Assembly: GCF_006345805.1 (NCBI RefSeq)
Contig: NC_043004.1
Span: 94,364,001 to 94,428,000 of the forward strand
Direction: 5' to 3'
Length of the DNA stretch: 64,000 nt
From: Octopus sinensis
Taxonomy: Eukaryota
Both the position numbers and the translations under genes were made by a program. Numbering within the stretch: the first letter of the stretch is position 1; each line of letters begins with the position of its first letter. Positions 53,870 through 64,000 of the stretch are shown here, piece after piece. The notes below the pieces were generated by a model that searched no databases, had not been told where the DNA came from, and saw only the letters and a program-made list of their open reading frames with translations.

Positions 53870-54047
53870 GTAGTTTTAGAGACAGAACCACCTTCAACTC
53901 AATCAACACTGAACGATTTTATATCCGACCACTCCATAAAATGTTAAATATTAAATATTATACTAAATCTATTCTGAATCCCGTATTTTCCATTTATAAG
54001 ACTTTCAGTGTTGATTGAATTGAAGGTGGTTCTGTCTCTAAAATTAC
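53870..54047. mobile_element. Small element with ~42-bp terminal inverted repeats, next to (TA)n
   Basis: GTAGTTTTAGAGACAGAACCACCTTCAACTCAATCAACACTGAA and its reverse complement. Confidence 0.8.
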
Positions 54048-54244
54048 TTTTATATATACGAATTAAACATTGAGAGATGTTCATTTTAGTACATCTAATT
54101 TGAATGTCTTTTTCCTGTGTACTCGTAAGTAATATTTCCTAATAATTATAATAATAATATATGTATATGTATATATATATGTATATATATACACATATAT
54201 ATATATTAAATATGAGTATATGCATATGTAAGTACGATTATCTG

Positions 54245-54376
54245 TATTATTCTTAAACAAAAATGTTGTCGGCTTTGAAGTTTCAGCCAGCTAAGCCATT
54301 ATCAGCAGACTGATGTTGGCTTAGTTTGTCGAAATTTCGAAGTCACAGTCAACAACATTCTTGTTTAAGAATGATA
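54245..54376. repeat. Imperfect fold-back, each arm with a degenerate hammerhead-like core
   Basis: ATTCTTAAACAAAAATGTTGT / ACAACATTCTTGTTTAAGAAT arms; apex ATCAG-CAGA-CTGAT. Confidence 0.7.
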
Positions 54377-54479
54377 AATCTGGTCTGTGGTTCACTTGCA
54401 GCACATCATCTTGAAGAAACTTCCTGATACCTTCACCTCATTATATATATGTTACCTAGCATTTTTCTGAACTTGCTTA

Positions 54480-55050
54480 ATACCAAAAGATCTTTATACT
54501 TTCAGCCCTTCTGTCTTTAGTTTTGCCCAGTTTTCACAGAACTCCAAGAAAATTGCTCCCACTTCATTTCTTTTACTACACCATAGCTTCTGAATATATT
54601 GGAGGAACCATCTTCTTGCAGACCAACATGTCTATTAAATATCAACTGTGATAAAAATAATCAAGGATAAAAATAAATTACAAGAGGACCTTATAGAAAC
54701 AATACCTTTTGTTTATTTTCCATTCTGATTGTAATTTGAAATCTTTGTGGCCAGCATCTTATTTCTTTCTGGTCTAAGTTTAATTATTTTGTCACATTCT
54801 TTAGCTACCTCAGTTTTTTTCTATCTGTCAATTTCTCTGCTATTAAAATGCCTATTCTATCCATATCAATGCTGTTACTTATCCAGTAGACATTTTACTT
54901 GTATTCAGTGCACCTAAGGAGTCTGACTGAGACTTTCCCTCCATCTCACCTCATGTAGATGGAAATTTCATTTCATAGTAGTATATGATTTCTTTTGTCA
55001 TGCCATAATATGTTCAGCGATTCCAAACATAGATACTTTTCTTCTGATTA
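54480..55050 (-). mobile_element. Highly degraded RTE APE-endonuclease fragment
   Basis: Minus-strand remnants EVRW...YWISN...RIGILIAEKL...ECDKIIKLR and RHVG...YG resemble the RTE endonuclease domain. Confidence 0.55.
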
Positions 55051-55444
55051 AGGCATTTTCCTATTATATTCTGATCTTTGGGGACTCTTAGTTTCTACTT
55101 TATAAAACTTTCTTCAAATGCAAGGGATGTCATAAATGTAATTCTGATGTTCTAACCATTCCTGGGTGGTTTAACTTTCATAGGGAAACCTTTGAATTGT
55201 GGTGTTACTTTTGATCTGAAGTTATATATGTAATATGAATTCTCAGAATATTTTCTGACTGCTTCTATGTGCTTGAGAATGGCCATGGGTCTTACATGAC
55301 AGACTGGGTACTTCTCTCACTCTCTTTCTCTTGCTCTCTTCCTTTCTTTCTCTCCCTCTCTTCCTCTTCCTCTCCCTCTCTCTGGTTGGGTAACCATGTA
55401 CCTCTTCTGCAGCTAGGCATTTGTTTCTGTCTCTCTGTCACACT

Positions 55445-55830
55445 CTAACCTTTCATCATCTGACACAAGATCACCTCCTCTGATACCCCCTCCCCTCTCA
55501 AAGATTCCTCCTCTTGCAAAGTTACCTGGTGACCCTGCTGGTGCTGGTGCCACTTAAAAAACATCCAGTCCACACTAAAGTGGTTGGCATTTGAAAGGAC
55601 ATCCAGCTGCAAAAACCATGCCAAAACTGACCTCACCTGTGCTGGTGCTCTGTAAAAATCCCTCAGCCCATGCTACGGAGTGGTTGGTGTTAGGAAGAGC
55701 ATCCAGCTGTAAAACCCTTGCTGAAACAGACACAGAAGCATGGATTAGGCTCCTGCCTAGCCAGCTTCTGTCAAACTGTCCAACCCATGCCAACATGGAA
55801 AGAGGGCATTAAATGATGATGATGATGAAT
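55445..55830 (+). mobile_element. Diverged RTE 3' UTR fragment with (GAT)n tail
   Basis: GGAAGAGCATCCAGCTGTAAAACC...AACCCATGCCAACATGGAAA module. Confidence 0.7.
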
Positions 55831-56292
55831 ATACATATTTTCAGGTTAACTCATAGATAAAACAGCTGAATCACCCTTGAAAGAAATCCTCCAGTCTCAA
55901 AAGACAAAAGAAACATGAGTTAATGTACTCCTTGATAAACTATGTTTGAGAGGCAAAAAAAAAAATGATGGAACAGTCATATCTGGTACCCAGAATGGTC
56001 ACATCTGGAACCCTTGATATTAGGTTTGCTTCATTAGGAAGTAAGCAACACTAACAGAATAAATCTGATAAATTCTGATAAAAGATAACATTTTGAATAT
56101 ATTTCAAATATACTGTATGAATCATTGTGTCCAGTATTTACTGGTTTTTGACAATAAACATATAAACCACATTTTTATTTTTTAATGAAAGAAGAATGGT
56201 CAGTGTCAATAACCTGTACAGACTCTTCCAGAATAGTGAGATCAATATTGTTGTTGTTCTTTGTTGTTCTATGTTTGAGCAAGAAGTCTGAG

Positions 56293-56498
56293 TAGAAATG
56301 ATGCAATTTCTACTCTTCTCCTCTGGAAGCCATCTACTCGCAATACCAGAGGGCGCACACTCTCCTACCCTGATGTAATCTCCAGGGATACAGGCATCCA
56401 GCAACAGGACCTCCGTAATGCTATGATGGACCGTGAAGTCTGGCGTAGCATGGTAAATTCCATTGTCTCGACCACAGTCGAACAATGATGATGATGAG
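56293..56498 (+). mobile_element. 5'-truncated RTE-like LINE with 10-bp TSD GAAGTCTGAG
   Basis: TSD at 56283-56292 and 56499-56508. Body homologous to 25065-25262. Confidence 0.85.
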
Positions 56499-56879
56499 GA
56501 AGTCTGAGCAAGAAGGCACTTCTAGTGGGTACATCCATGGAAAGAAAGGATTTAATATATCGTTTGATAAAGAATCTGAAAGGAAAAACACAGTAGGAGG
56601 AGGAATTGGGTGTGTTGGTAAGCCTGGGTGGACATGGTAAGTTGCTTCTTAGTTCACCAAAGCAAAAGCTGTTCTAATAGTATTAACGGTAGAGGAAGAG
56701 TGATCAAACTTAAGTTGAAATAATTCTGAGTTTTTGTGTAATGAGAATTATAGCAATCAAATGGGATCAAAATTAATATGTTGAGTTAGGATTTCATAAG
56801 CAACAAATAAAAATTTCATCTCTTACAAATGCTTTTGTAGTAAACATCAAGCAGTTGTCCAAATGGAAATATTTTTCCC

Positions 56880-57570
56880 AAACAGTTGAAGGTATCAGGG
56901 GAAGAGGTAGACCCAGGAAGACATGGGATGAGGTAGTCAAGCATGACCTCAGAGCGTTGGACCTCACTGAGGCAATGGCGAAGGACCGAGATCTCTGGAG
57001 ATATGCTGTGACTGCAAAGACCCGGGCTGCTTCCTGCACCAGTTCCGCATAGCCCCTGCCCATTCAAGGTACCCTGGATTCCAGAACATCCCGCTGTGCT
57101 TGAGGAGACCTGTTGAGTCAAGTACATGAACATGAACATCGAAATAGATATCAATGGAAATAGTAGTTGTGATACCTGTGCCGGTGGCACATAAAAAGCA
57201 TCATCCGAATGTGGCCGTTGCTAGCGCCGCCTCGACTGGCTTCTGTACCGGTAGCACATAAAAAGCACCATCCGAACGTGGCCGATGCCAGCGCCACCTC
57301 GACTGGCTTCTGTGCCGGTGGCACGTTAAAAGCTCCTACCGATCGTGGCCGATGCCGGACCCCCCTGGCACCTGTGCAGGTGGCACGTAAAAAGAACCCA
57401 CTACACTCGCGGAGTGGTTGGCGTTAGGAAGGGCATCCAGCTGTAGAAACTCTGCCAGATCACACTGGAGCCTGGTGCAGCCCCTGGCTTCCCAGACCCC
57501 GGTCAAACCATCCAACCCGTGCTAGCGTGGAAAACAGACGTTAAACAATGATGATGATGATGATGATGAA
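56880..57570 (+). mobile_element. RTE LINE 3' end: ORF2 C-terminus, tandem-repeat 3' UTR, (GAT)n tail
   Basis: VEGIRGRGRPRKTWDEVVKHDLRALDLTEAMAKDRDLWRYAV, followed by a UTR with four ~65-bp units. Confidence 0.88.
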
Positions 57571-57804
57571 GGAAGAAAATGATCAACTATGTAAGACAAA
57601 AGAAGAATACTTTATAAGAATTAATAATCTAAAACATGGTGAAAATAGTCAACATTGCTGCAAAAAGATCTACACCTACATAGATTATATTATGGCACAT
57701 GTGCTTGAAAAGGTGACAATCGCAAAATGTGTTAAACACAACACAGAAACTTCCTTCCATGACATTCATGTCATTCAGCTTTTGTTTATGAAAGGCTTTT
57801 TAAA

Positions 57805-58008
57805 ATATTCTTTTATTCTTTTTATGGTTGTGGCCATGCTGGAGCACTGCCTTTAGTTGAGAAAATCGACCCCAAGACTTATTCTTTGTAAGCCTAGTAC
57901 TTATTCTATTGGCCACTTTTGCCGAACCACTAAGTTACGGGTACGTAAACACACCAGCATCGGTTGTCAAGTGATGTTGGGTGGACAAACACAGACACAC
58001 AAACATAT

Positions 58009-58041
<33 letters not shown>

Positions 58042-58210
58042 ATATATATATGATGGGCTTCTTTCAGTTTCCGTCTACCAAATTCATTCACAAAGCTTTG
58101 GTCAGCTCAAGGCTATAGTAGATGACACTTGCCCAAGGTGCCACGTAGTAGGACTGAAACCAGAACCATGTGGTTGGTAAGCAAGCTACTTACCACACAC
58201 CCACTCCTGT
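57805..58210 (-). mobile_element. SINE family C
   Basis: Full modules. Confidence 0.85.
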
Positions 58211-58440
58211 ATATATATATATATATATATATATAATGTTTCCTTTTAGTTAGATATATCTATAAATAATACCATGTAAATATTGGGTTGGAAAATCCTT
58301 TTGTATATAACAAGTCTCACTGGTAACCTTCAGCTTCTTCTTTCTAAAAGTTTTTTAACCCAATATTTGTATACAATTAATTATAGCTTTATGTGTGCTT
58401 CATGATATATATATATATATCAAAATATATATATATATAT

Positions 58441-58548
58441 ATATATAGTAAATAGGGTAATAAAATAAATTATTATTACCAGTGACCTAGACTAATTTGT
58501 CTTTTGTGCTAGGTCACTGGTAATAATAATTTATTTTATTACCCTATT

Positions 58549-58558
<10 letters not shown>
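58441..58558. repeat. Perfect 50-bp-arm palindrome with 18-nt loop inside (TA)n
   Basis: AGTAAATAGGGTAATAAAATAAATTATTATTACCAGTGACCTAG and its exact reverse complement. Confidence 0.95.
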
Positions 58559-58584
<26 letters not shown>

Positions 58585-58789
58585 AAATATATATATGTTT
58601 TACTCATTATCTTTTATTAACTTTTAATAATTTGATATATATTTAAAATAATATAAATTAATTAATTTTATGTATTGGCTTAAGTTTTTCATTGTTTGAT
58701 TTGCCTAATAGTGGTTTCATCTCTAATTTAATATAATATATATATATATATATTTCCTGTTTTTCCTGGAAGATCTGTCAAAAGTGTCA

Positions 58790-59732
58790 CTCCTAGAAAT
58801 GTGGTACTGTGCATCGAGAATTCATTCCCCAGGGCCAGACTGTTAATCAAAAGTTCTGTGATATTTTGAAGCGTTTGAGGGAGGACATCCAGTGAAAGTT
58901 ACTGGATCTGTGGAGCACAAAGAAATGGATTCTTCATGACGACAATGCACCCTGTCACCAAGCTCTTCTCATTTGTGAGTTTCTTGCCAAAAGCAACATG
59001 GTATTGCCTCTGCATCCACCCTATTTGCCAGACTTAATACCTGCAGACATCCATATTTTCCTGAAGATGGAAAGGCAGCTCAAAGGTCACTGTTTTAACA
59101 CTGTTGTTGAGATCCAGAGCATATTGCAGAAGGTTCTCGACTCGCTTATGAAAAATGACTTCCAGGCCAGATTCCAAAAGTGGCAGGAAGGCTGAGACTG
59201 GTGTATTGCTGCACAAGGTGGCTATTTTGAAGGAGATAATGTTAAAACGTAGGTAAATAGGCGCAGGAGTGGTTGTGTGGTAAGTAGCTTGCTAACCAAC
59301 CACATGGTTCCGGGTTCAGTCCCACTACATGGCATCTTGGGCAAGTGTCTTCTGCTATAGCCCCGGGCCGACCAATGCCTTGTGAGTGGATTTGGTAGAC
59401 GGAAACTGAAGAAGCCTGTCGTATATATGTATATATATATATGTGTGTTATGTGTTTGTGTGTTTGTGTTTGTCCCCCTAGCATTGCTTGACAACCAATG
59501 CTGGTGCGTTTTACGTCCCCGTCACCTAGCGGTTCGGCAAAAGAGACCAATAGAATAAGTACTGGACTTACAAAGAATAAGCCCCGAGGTTGATTTGCTC
59601 GACTAAACGGCGGTGCTCCAGCATGGCCACAGTCAAATGACTGAAACACGTAAAAGAGTAAAAGAGTAAAGAGTAAAATAGGTTGTTTTTTATTAAACAT
59701 AACTAGTCTGGGAACCTTTTGATACCACCTTG
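58790..59732 (+). mobile_element. Mariner transposon, 3' half plus right TIR, interrupted by SINE C
   Basis: HREFIPQGQTVNQKF...WILHDDNAPCH...HPPYLPDLIPAD...CIAAQGGYFEGDN. TIR GGAACCTTTTGATACCACCTTG followed by TA at 59733-59734. Confidence 0.9.
59262..59675 (+). mobile_element. SINE family C inserted in the mariner, TSD AAATAGG
   Basis: AAATAGG at 59255-59261 and 59676-59682. Confidence 0.88.
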
Positions 59733-60249
59733 TATGCTTTGACTTTTCTTTGTACCATTTTAGGCTGTCACATGTAGAGATCACAGTGGCAAGTGTTGTT
59801 ACAATGGATGGGAAAAAGAAAGAGTGTTTAGTTTGATTTGGTGAATAAAATATTGAATGAAATAATATTCATGTTATTACCGACTGAACCTCAAACTTTA
59901 CTGGTGTATGCAGTAAAAGTGAATCTGCTGTAAAGTTAACATTGTAGAAATCCCATATGACCATTCTTTCTTTCTTTTGTAGAAAATCAGTTTGATTTTG
60001 ATTATATATCTATACTCAACTTTACTATTCAGTTTGTGCAGTGATGCACATATGCTGATGTTGTCCTTGACGAACAAAGTACTTATCACTCACATATGAA
60101 ACAAGAAGTGTTTTTTACATAAAAAACATAGTCAGAGCTCTTCCCTGTGTGCATGCAAATAGTGAGAGCTTAGCAGAACATTCTTGAAATTATTACTGTG
60201 AGGTCTTTCATAAAATGCAATTCAGGATGGCAACGAAAATGATATTCTT

Positions 60250-60660
60250 TTATCAAAATCAAAATCGATCAACATCAATGGAAATTGTAGGTGTGATACC
60301 AGTGCTGGTGGCATGTAAGAGAACCATCCAAACATGGCCGTTGCCGGCGCCACCCTGACTGGCCTCCGTGCCAGTGGCATGTAAAATGCACCATCTGATC
60401 GTGGCCATTGCCAGCCTCGCCTGGTCTCCGTACCAGTGGCATGTAAAAAGCAGCATTCGATCGTGGCCGTTTGGCAGCCTCATCTGGCACCTGTGTCGGT
60501 GGCATGTAAAAAGCACCCACTACACTCACGGAGTGGTTGGCGTTAGGAAGGGCATCCAGCTGTAGAAACACTGCCAGATCAGACTGGGCCTGGTGCAGCC
60601 TTCTGGCTTCCCAGACCCTAACCGCCCAACCCATGCTAGCATGGAAAGCAGATGCTAAAC

Positions 60661-60692
<32 letters not shown>

Positions 60693-60727
60693 GGAGGAGG
60701 AGGAGGAGGAGGATGAGGATGATGATG

Positions 60728-60758
<31 letters not shown>

Positions 60759-60766
60759 GGAGGAGG

Positions 60767-60805
<39 letters not shown>
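60250..60805 (+). mobile_element. RTE 3' UTR with four tandem units and an expanded (GAT/GAG)n tail
   Basis: Homologous to 57130-57570. Confidence 0.85.
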
Positions 60806-61413
60806 TCTCTTTGGATGTGGTCAACATTGCAGACACTGAAGAGATCTATTGCACAGACGATATTGCTGTGTCTGTCTTTGACACTGACAGGAGTGGAATA
60901 GACCGCCTTGGTTTTGATGACTCCTTGCCTGTGTTTGAAATGTAAACTGGTGAATTTCTAAATGAAATCTGTACTTATTCTTTGAAAGTAAATGTCTAAA
61001 GTTTTAAATGAATTTGGCAAATGCAAAGTCAGACTGAAACCGAAAAAGATCAATTTGTAAAAATATGCTTAACGTCATTATCTCAGATCATTGCTTTGTT
61101 ATGGCTGCATCATTAAAATGAGCATCATTAAAAGATTTTAAGTCATTCCAGCATTTCATTACTTGCTTCTTCCTGCAAATGTAATTTCATGTGACATAAA
61201 TTGTGTTGACACCGCTAATGACATAGTATCTATTTATAGTATGGAGTGATTGAGGTCTTTTGTGTGAATTTCTATCAAAATTAGAAAAAAACGAAACACA
61301 AGACATAACAAAACATTGTTCCATTTTATTTTCTGATTATTTCACATTAACAACGGATGAGAAAAATTTTGTTGTATTTAGTTGGACGTTGATTGATATG
61401 GTCTCCAATATAG

Positions 61414-61457
61414 GCAGCCATATGAGGAGCTCATTGTTTGTAAAGATTGTGCAACAG
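61414..61457 (+). CDS. Candidate small coding exon (QPYEELIVCKDCAT, PHD-finger-like CxxC)
   Basis: AG acceptor at 61412-61413 and strong donor CAG|GTATGA at 61457/61458. Peptide resembles the 'EEL(I/V)xCxDC' of DPF/KAT6-type PHD fingers. Unverified. Confidence 0.3.
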
Positions 61458-61504
61458 GTATGAATATTTGCACTAGCAACTTAAAATTTACATTTTTAGT
61501 GAAT

Positions 61505-61691
61505 ACTTACTCTTTTACTCTTTTACTTGTTTCAATCATTTGACTGTGACCATGCTGGAGCACTGCCTTTAGTCGAGCAAATCGACCCCAGGACTTATTC
61601 TTTGCAAGCCTAGTACTTATTCTACCGATCACTTTTGCTGAACCAGCATTGGTTGTCAAGCAATGTTAGTGGGACAAGCACAGACACACAA

Positions 61692-61726
<35 letters not shown>

Positions 61727-61770
61727 CATATATACGATGGGCTTCTTACCACACAGCCACTCCTGCGCCT
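61505..61770 (-). mobile_element. SINE family C, internally deleted
   Basis: Head and tail present, middle modules missing. Confidence 0.8.
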
Positions 61771-61795
61771 ATATATATATATATATATATATTTA

Positions 61796-62292
61796 CAGGG
61801 ATTCCCTGACTTTCGCGAAATTCAACTTGCGCGAGCCAACTTTTGATACCGAGTGTTCAGGTTGCACGAGTTGTATTCTCGACTTGCGCTTGTTGTAAAA
61901 ATATTTATTATCCATGGTTGCATTGCCTTGTCTGTTATCTTGTTATCTATTCATCATTTCAAATATACATAAAGTAAAAATAATTGTGTTTGAGTAATTG
62001 ATAACATGTTAGTTAAAGTTAATTTTCATTGTTTTATTTTCTGTTTATAATCATTAAACAATTTGTATTATTTTTTGTAATTTGTATTTGTACAAAGCAG
62101 TCACCAATAAATATTTTTTGGTTTCAAATAGAAAGAAAGTTCATTCAATACTTTCTCCAAGTGTTTCTTTAATATAACAATATTTAGCAGTTATCCCGGA
62201 AAATATTTATAGAAAACAATATCTGGTACTCGACTTGCGCGAATTTCGAATTGCGCATCCCCTAATTACTCACGCAAGTCGAGGAATCCCTG
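61796..62292. mobile_element. Tc1/mariner-superfamily (pogo/Tigger-like) MITE, 497 bp
   Basis: TA|CAGGGATTCCCTGACTT ... AAGTCGAGGAATCCCTG|TA. Confidence 0.85.
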
Positions 62293-62302
62293 TATATATA
62301 TA

Positions 62303-62997
62303 TCTCTTATTATAAAAGGCAGATTTTATCTGCCTCCCTTTGTCTCTTATAGAAATCTACAATATAGGATTTCTTCAATTACAATTTACCTAGCATTTTT
62401 AAGAGTAGAATGCATCGGGTCGTGCCAGGTCCAGTTTTTAAAATTTCAACCCCAATTAAGCAAAATTTAGAGAAAACTCACATTGTGGTGTGTATGTCAA
62501 ATGCTTTTCTTAGTGTGGGCTAGAGCATACGCACACACACACACACAAAAAGGGAGCGATCTGATTCACTCACACTATCACTCTAATTTCTACGACTTTC
62601 TCTTTGCAAGTTTGCAACGATTAAAGTGAAAACAGTGAATCCGACAGCGATAAAGAAAATGAATTGGCACCTGAATGGAGTGAAAATTTAAAAACTGTTT
62701 CTTTCGTTGATTTTTCTGAAGAAACTGGACCAAGCCACAGACTTTCCCAGAAGAGTAAAGCTTTAGACTATTTCTTTTTACTTTTTCGAATGAGCCTATT
62801 TGAAATCATTACGGCGGAAACGAACTGTTACGCTAAACGTAAACAAAGCAAAAGAAAGGATGGTTTGTTATTTCCCACAACCTTAAATGAAATTAAGGCC
62901 TATTTTGCCATAAATATTATTATGGGTATCAGAAAGTTACCCAGAATAACAAATTCTATCGTAAAATTTTGTTGTATACCTAACTGAATATTAGCTA
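62303..62997 (+). mobile_element. Helitron-like 5' end carrying a piggyBac transposase fragment (62664-62955)
   Basis: A|TCTCTTATTATAAAAGG start. FSEETGPSH...ALDYFFLLF...EIITAETNCYA...TTLNEIKAYFAINIIMGIRKLPRI matches the N-terminal part of the piggyBac DDE_Tnp_1_7 domain. Confidence 0.65.
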
Positions 62998-63001
62998 ATA
63001 A

Positions 63002-63282
63002 CCCATTTTCTATAGCGATGTTTGAACAAAATTTAAATAATTTTATATTTTGTTGAATTTACCTGTATCTACCTGCAATTACAGTCACTTTGTGACAAAA
63101 ATTATAGTATAGAATTGGTTGAGAACATTTCATTAAATTATCTTCCAAAATTCATGTTAATATATTGATAAATAAAAAAGTTATTGTTGTTTAATGAAAC
63201 CAGACTAAATTTATGATTATGTTAGAAATTAATTGAAACACATAAGGGGTGTATTTTGGTCAGAAATATAGTAACGAAAGGG
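63002..63282. mobile_element. Possible piggyBac-type MITE
   Basis: ATAA|CCC... and ...AAAGGG|TTAA ends; TIR match is short and imperfect. Confidence 0.4.
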
Positions 63283-63394
63283 TTAAGAAAAACCAAAAAA
63301 TATTTTATTCTTTATAAATGTTGTGTTCAAAATAACATTTTCTTTTAAGAATGTGTATATAACAAAGTATGTGTATATAACTACGTGGCTTATA

Positions 63395-63791
63395 TCTTTA
63401 TATATAAAAGTGAAGTTGTGTGTCTGTCTCCTACGATTTAGATTCGTAACTACTCCCACATTTTGCGGTGCAGTTTCACCAAAAGCGGGTATCTTAAAGT
63501 CGTGAGTCATATCGAGCCCTTCTGGGTATTAGCGCGCGTCTACGATGAGTCTACGATTTAAAAAAAATTTACCATCATATTTTTCCATTTTAATGCATTT
63601 TTTTCGCTATTATATAAGGGAAGTAACTCTCTAAAAATATCTACGATGTGTCAACGATTTAAAAAAAAATTTACCTTAATTTTTTTCCATTTTTAATGCA
63701 TTTTTTTGCTATTTTTTGGCTATAACTCTCTAAAAATGCTTATATAGTTATTTCCCTTACAAACCCGAGCAACGCCGGGCGATACTGCTAG
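63395..63791 (+). mobile_element. Complete non-autonomous Helitron (397 bp), same family as 51129-51645 with a different interior
   Basis: A|TCTTTATATATAAAA ... CCCGAGCAACGCCGGG ... CTAG|T. Confidence 0.9.
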
Positions 63792-63892
63792 TATATATAT
63801 ATATGTAAACTTAATTGGAAATGGGTACATGGTGTTCAATTAAATAATAATATAAATAATATATATATATTATAATGGAATAATTATTATGA

Positions 63893-64000
63893 AGTATTGT
63901 GCCACTCAGTAACAACTTTAGCTGTGTGAATTGGTGCATTATCATCCTGAAAGATTGTGTTTCCCTCCAGAAACAGTTCCACTGCTATAGGATGAATTTG
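63893..64000 (-). mobile_element. Tc1 transposase fragment running off the window edge
   Basis: QIHPIAVELFLEGNTIFQDDNAPIHTAKVVTEWH contains the Tc1 FQxDNAPxH motif. Confidence 0.8.

Noticed and set aside
60652-60945. 97-aa acidic ORF with an EF-hand-like FDTDRSGID stretch
   Set aside because: The acidic run is the expanded (GAT/GAG)n tail of an RTE 3' UTR, the EF-hand spacing is wrong, and no acceptor is evident.

Overview
This is eukaryotic, AT-rich, repeat-dominated genomic DNA. The tRNA-derived SINE families, RTE/CR1/RLE LINE relics and dense (TA)n/(CA)n/(TACA)n/(ATT)n microsatellites look like a coleoid cephalopod, most probably Octopus (inference from recalled repeat families, not from a search). 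No complete host gene, true tRNA/rRNA gene or CRISPR array is visible, and most ORFs in the supplied track are microsatellite translations. Recognisable coding sequence is transposon-derived: two mariner relics, a Tc1 fragment, a piggyBac fragment, a ~2.7 kb RTE LINE, CR1, Tx1-like and RLE (R4/Dong-like) LINE ends, and a nearly intact 5'-truncated Penelope-like element (RT + GIY-YIG, 38.9-44.0 kb, minus strand). There are also several non-autonomous Helitrons, MITEs and a 100-N gap. The most notable signal is a set of minimal type I hammerhead-ribozyme motifs from several unrelated sequence families. Several sit in fold-back (inverted) structures, and one has a compensatory G3:C8 core swap (52027-52077). 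Other highlights are a 3' tail shared between a SINE and a Tx1-like LINE, recurrent same-site nesting of that SINE into its own tRNA head, and one SINE head carrying six different tails. Coordinates were read by eye and may be off by a few bases.
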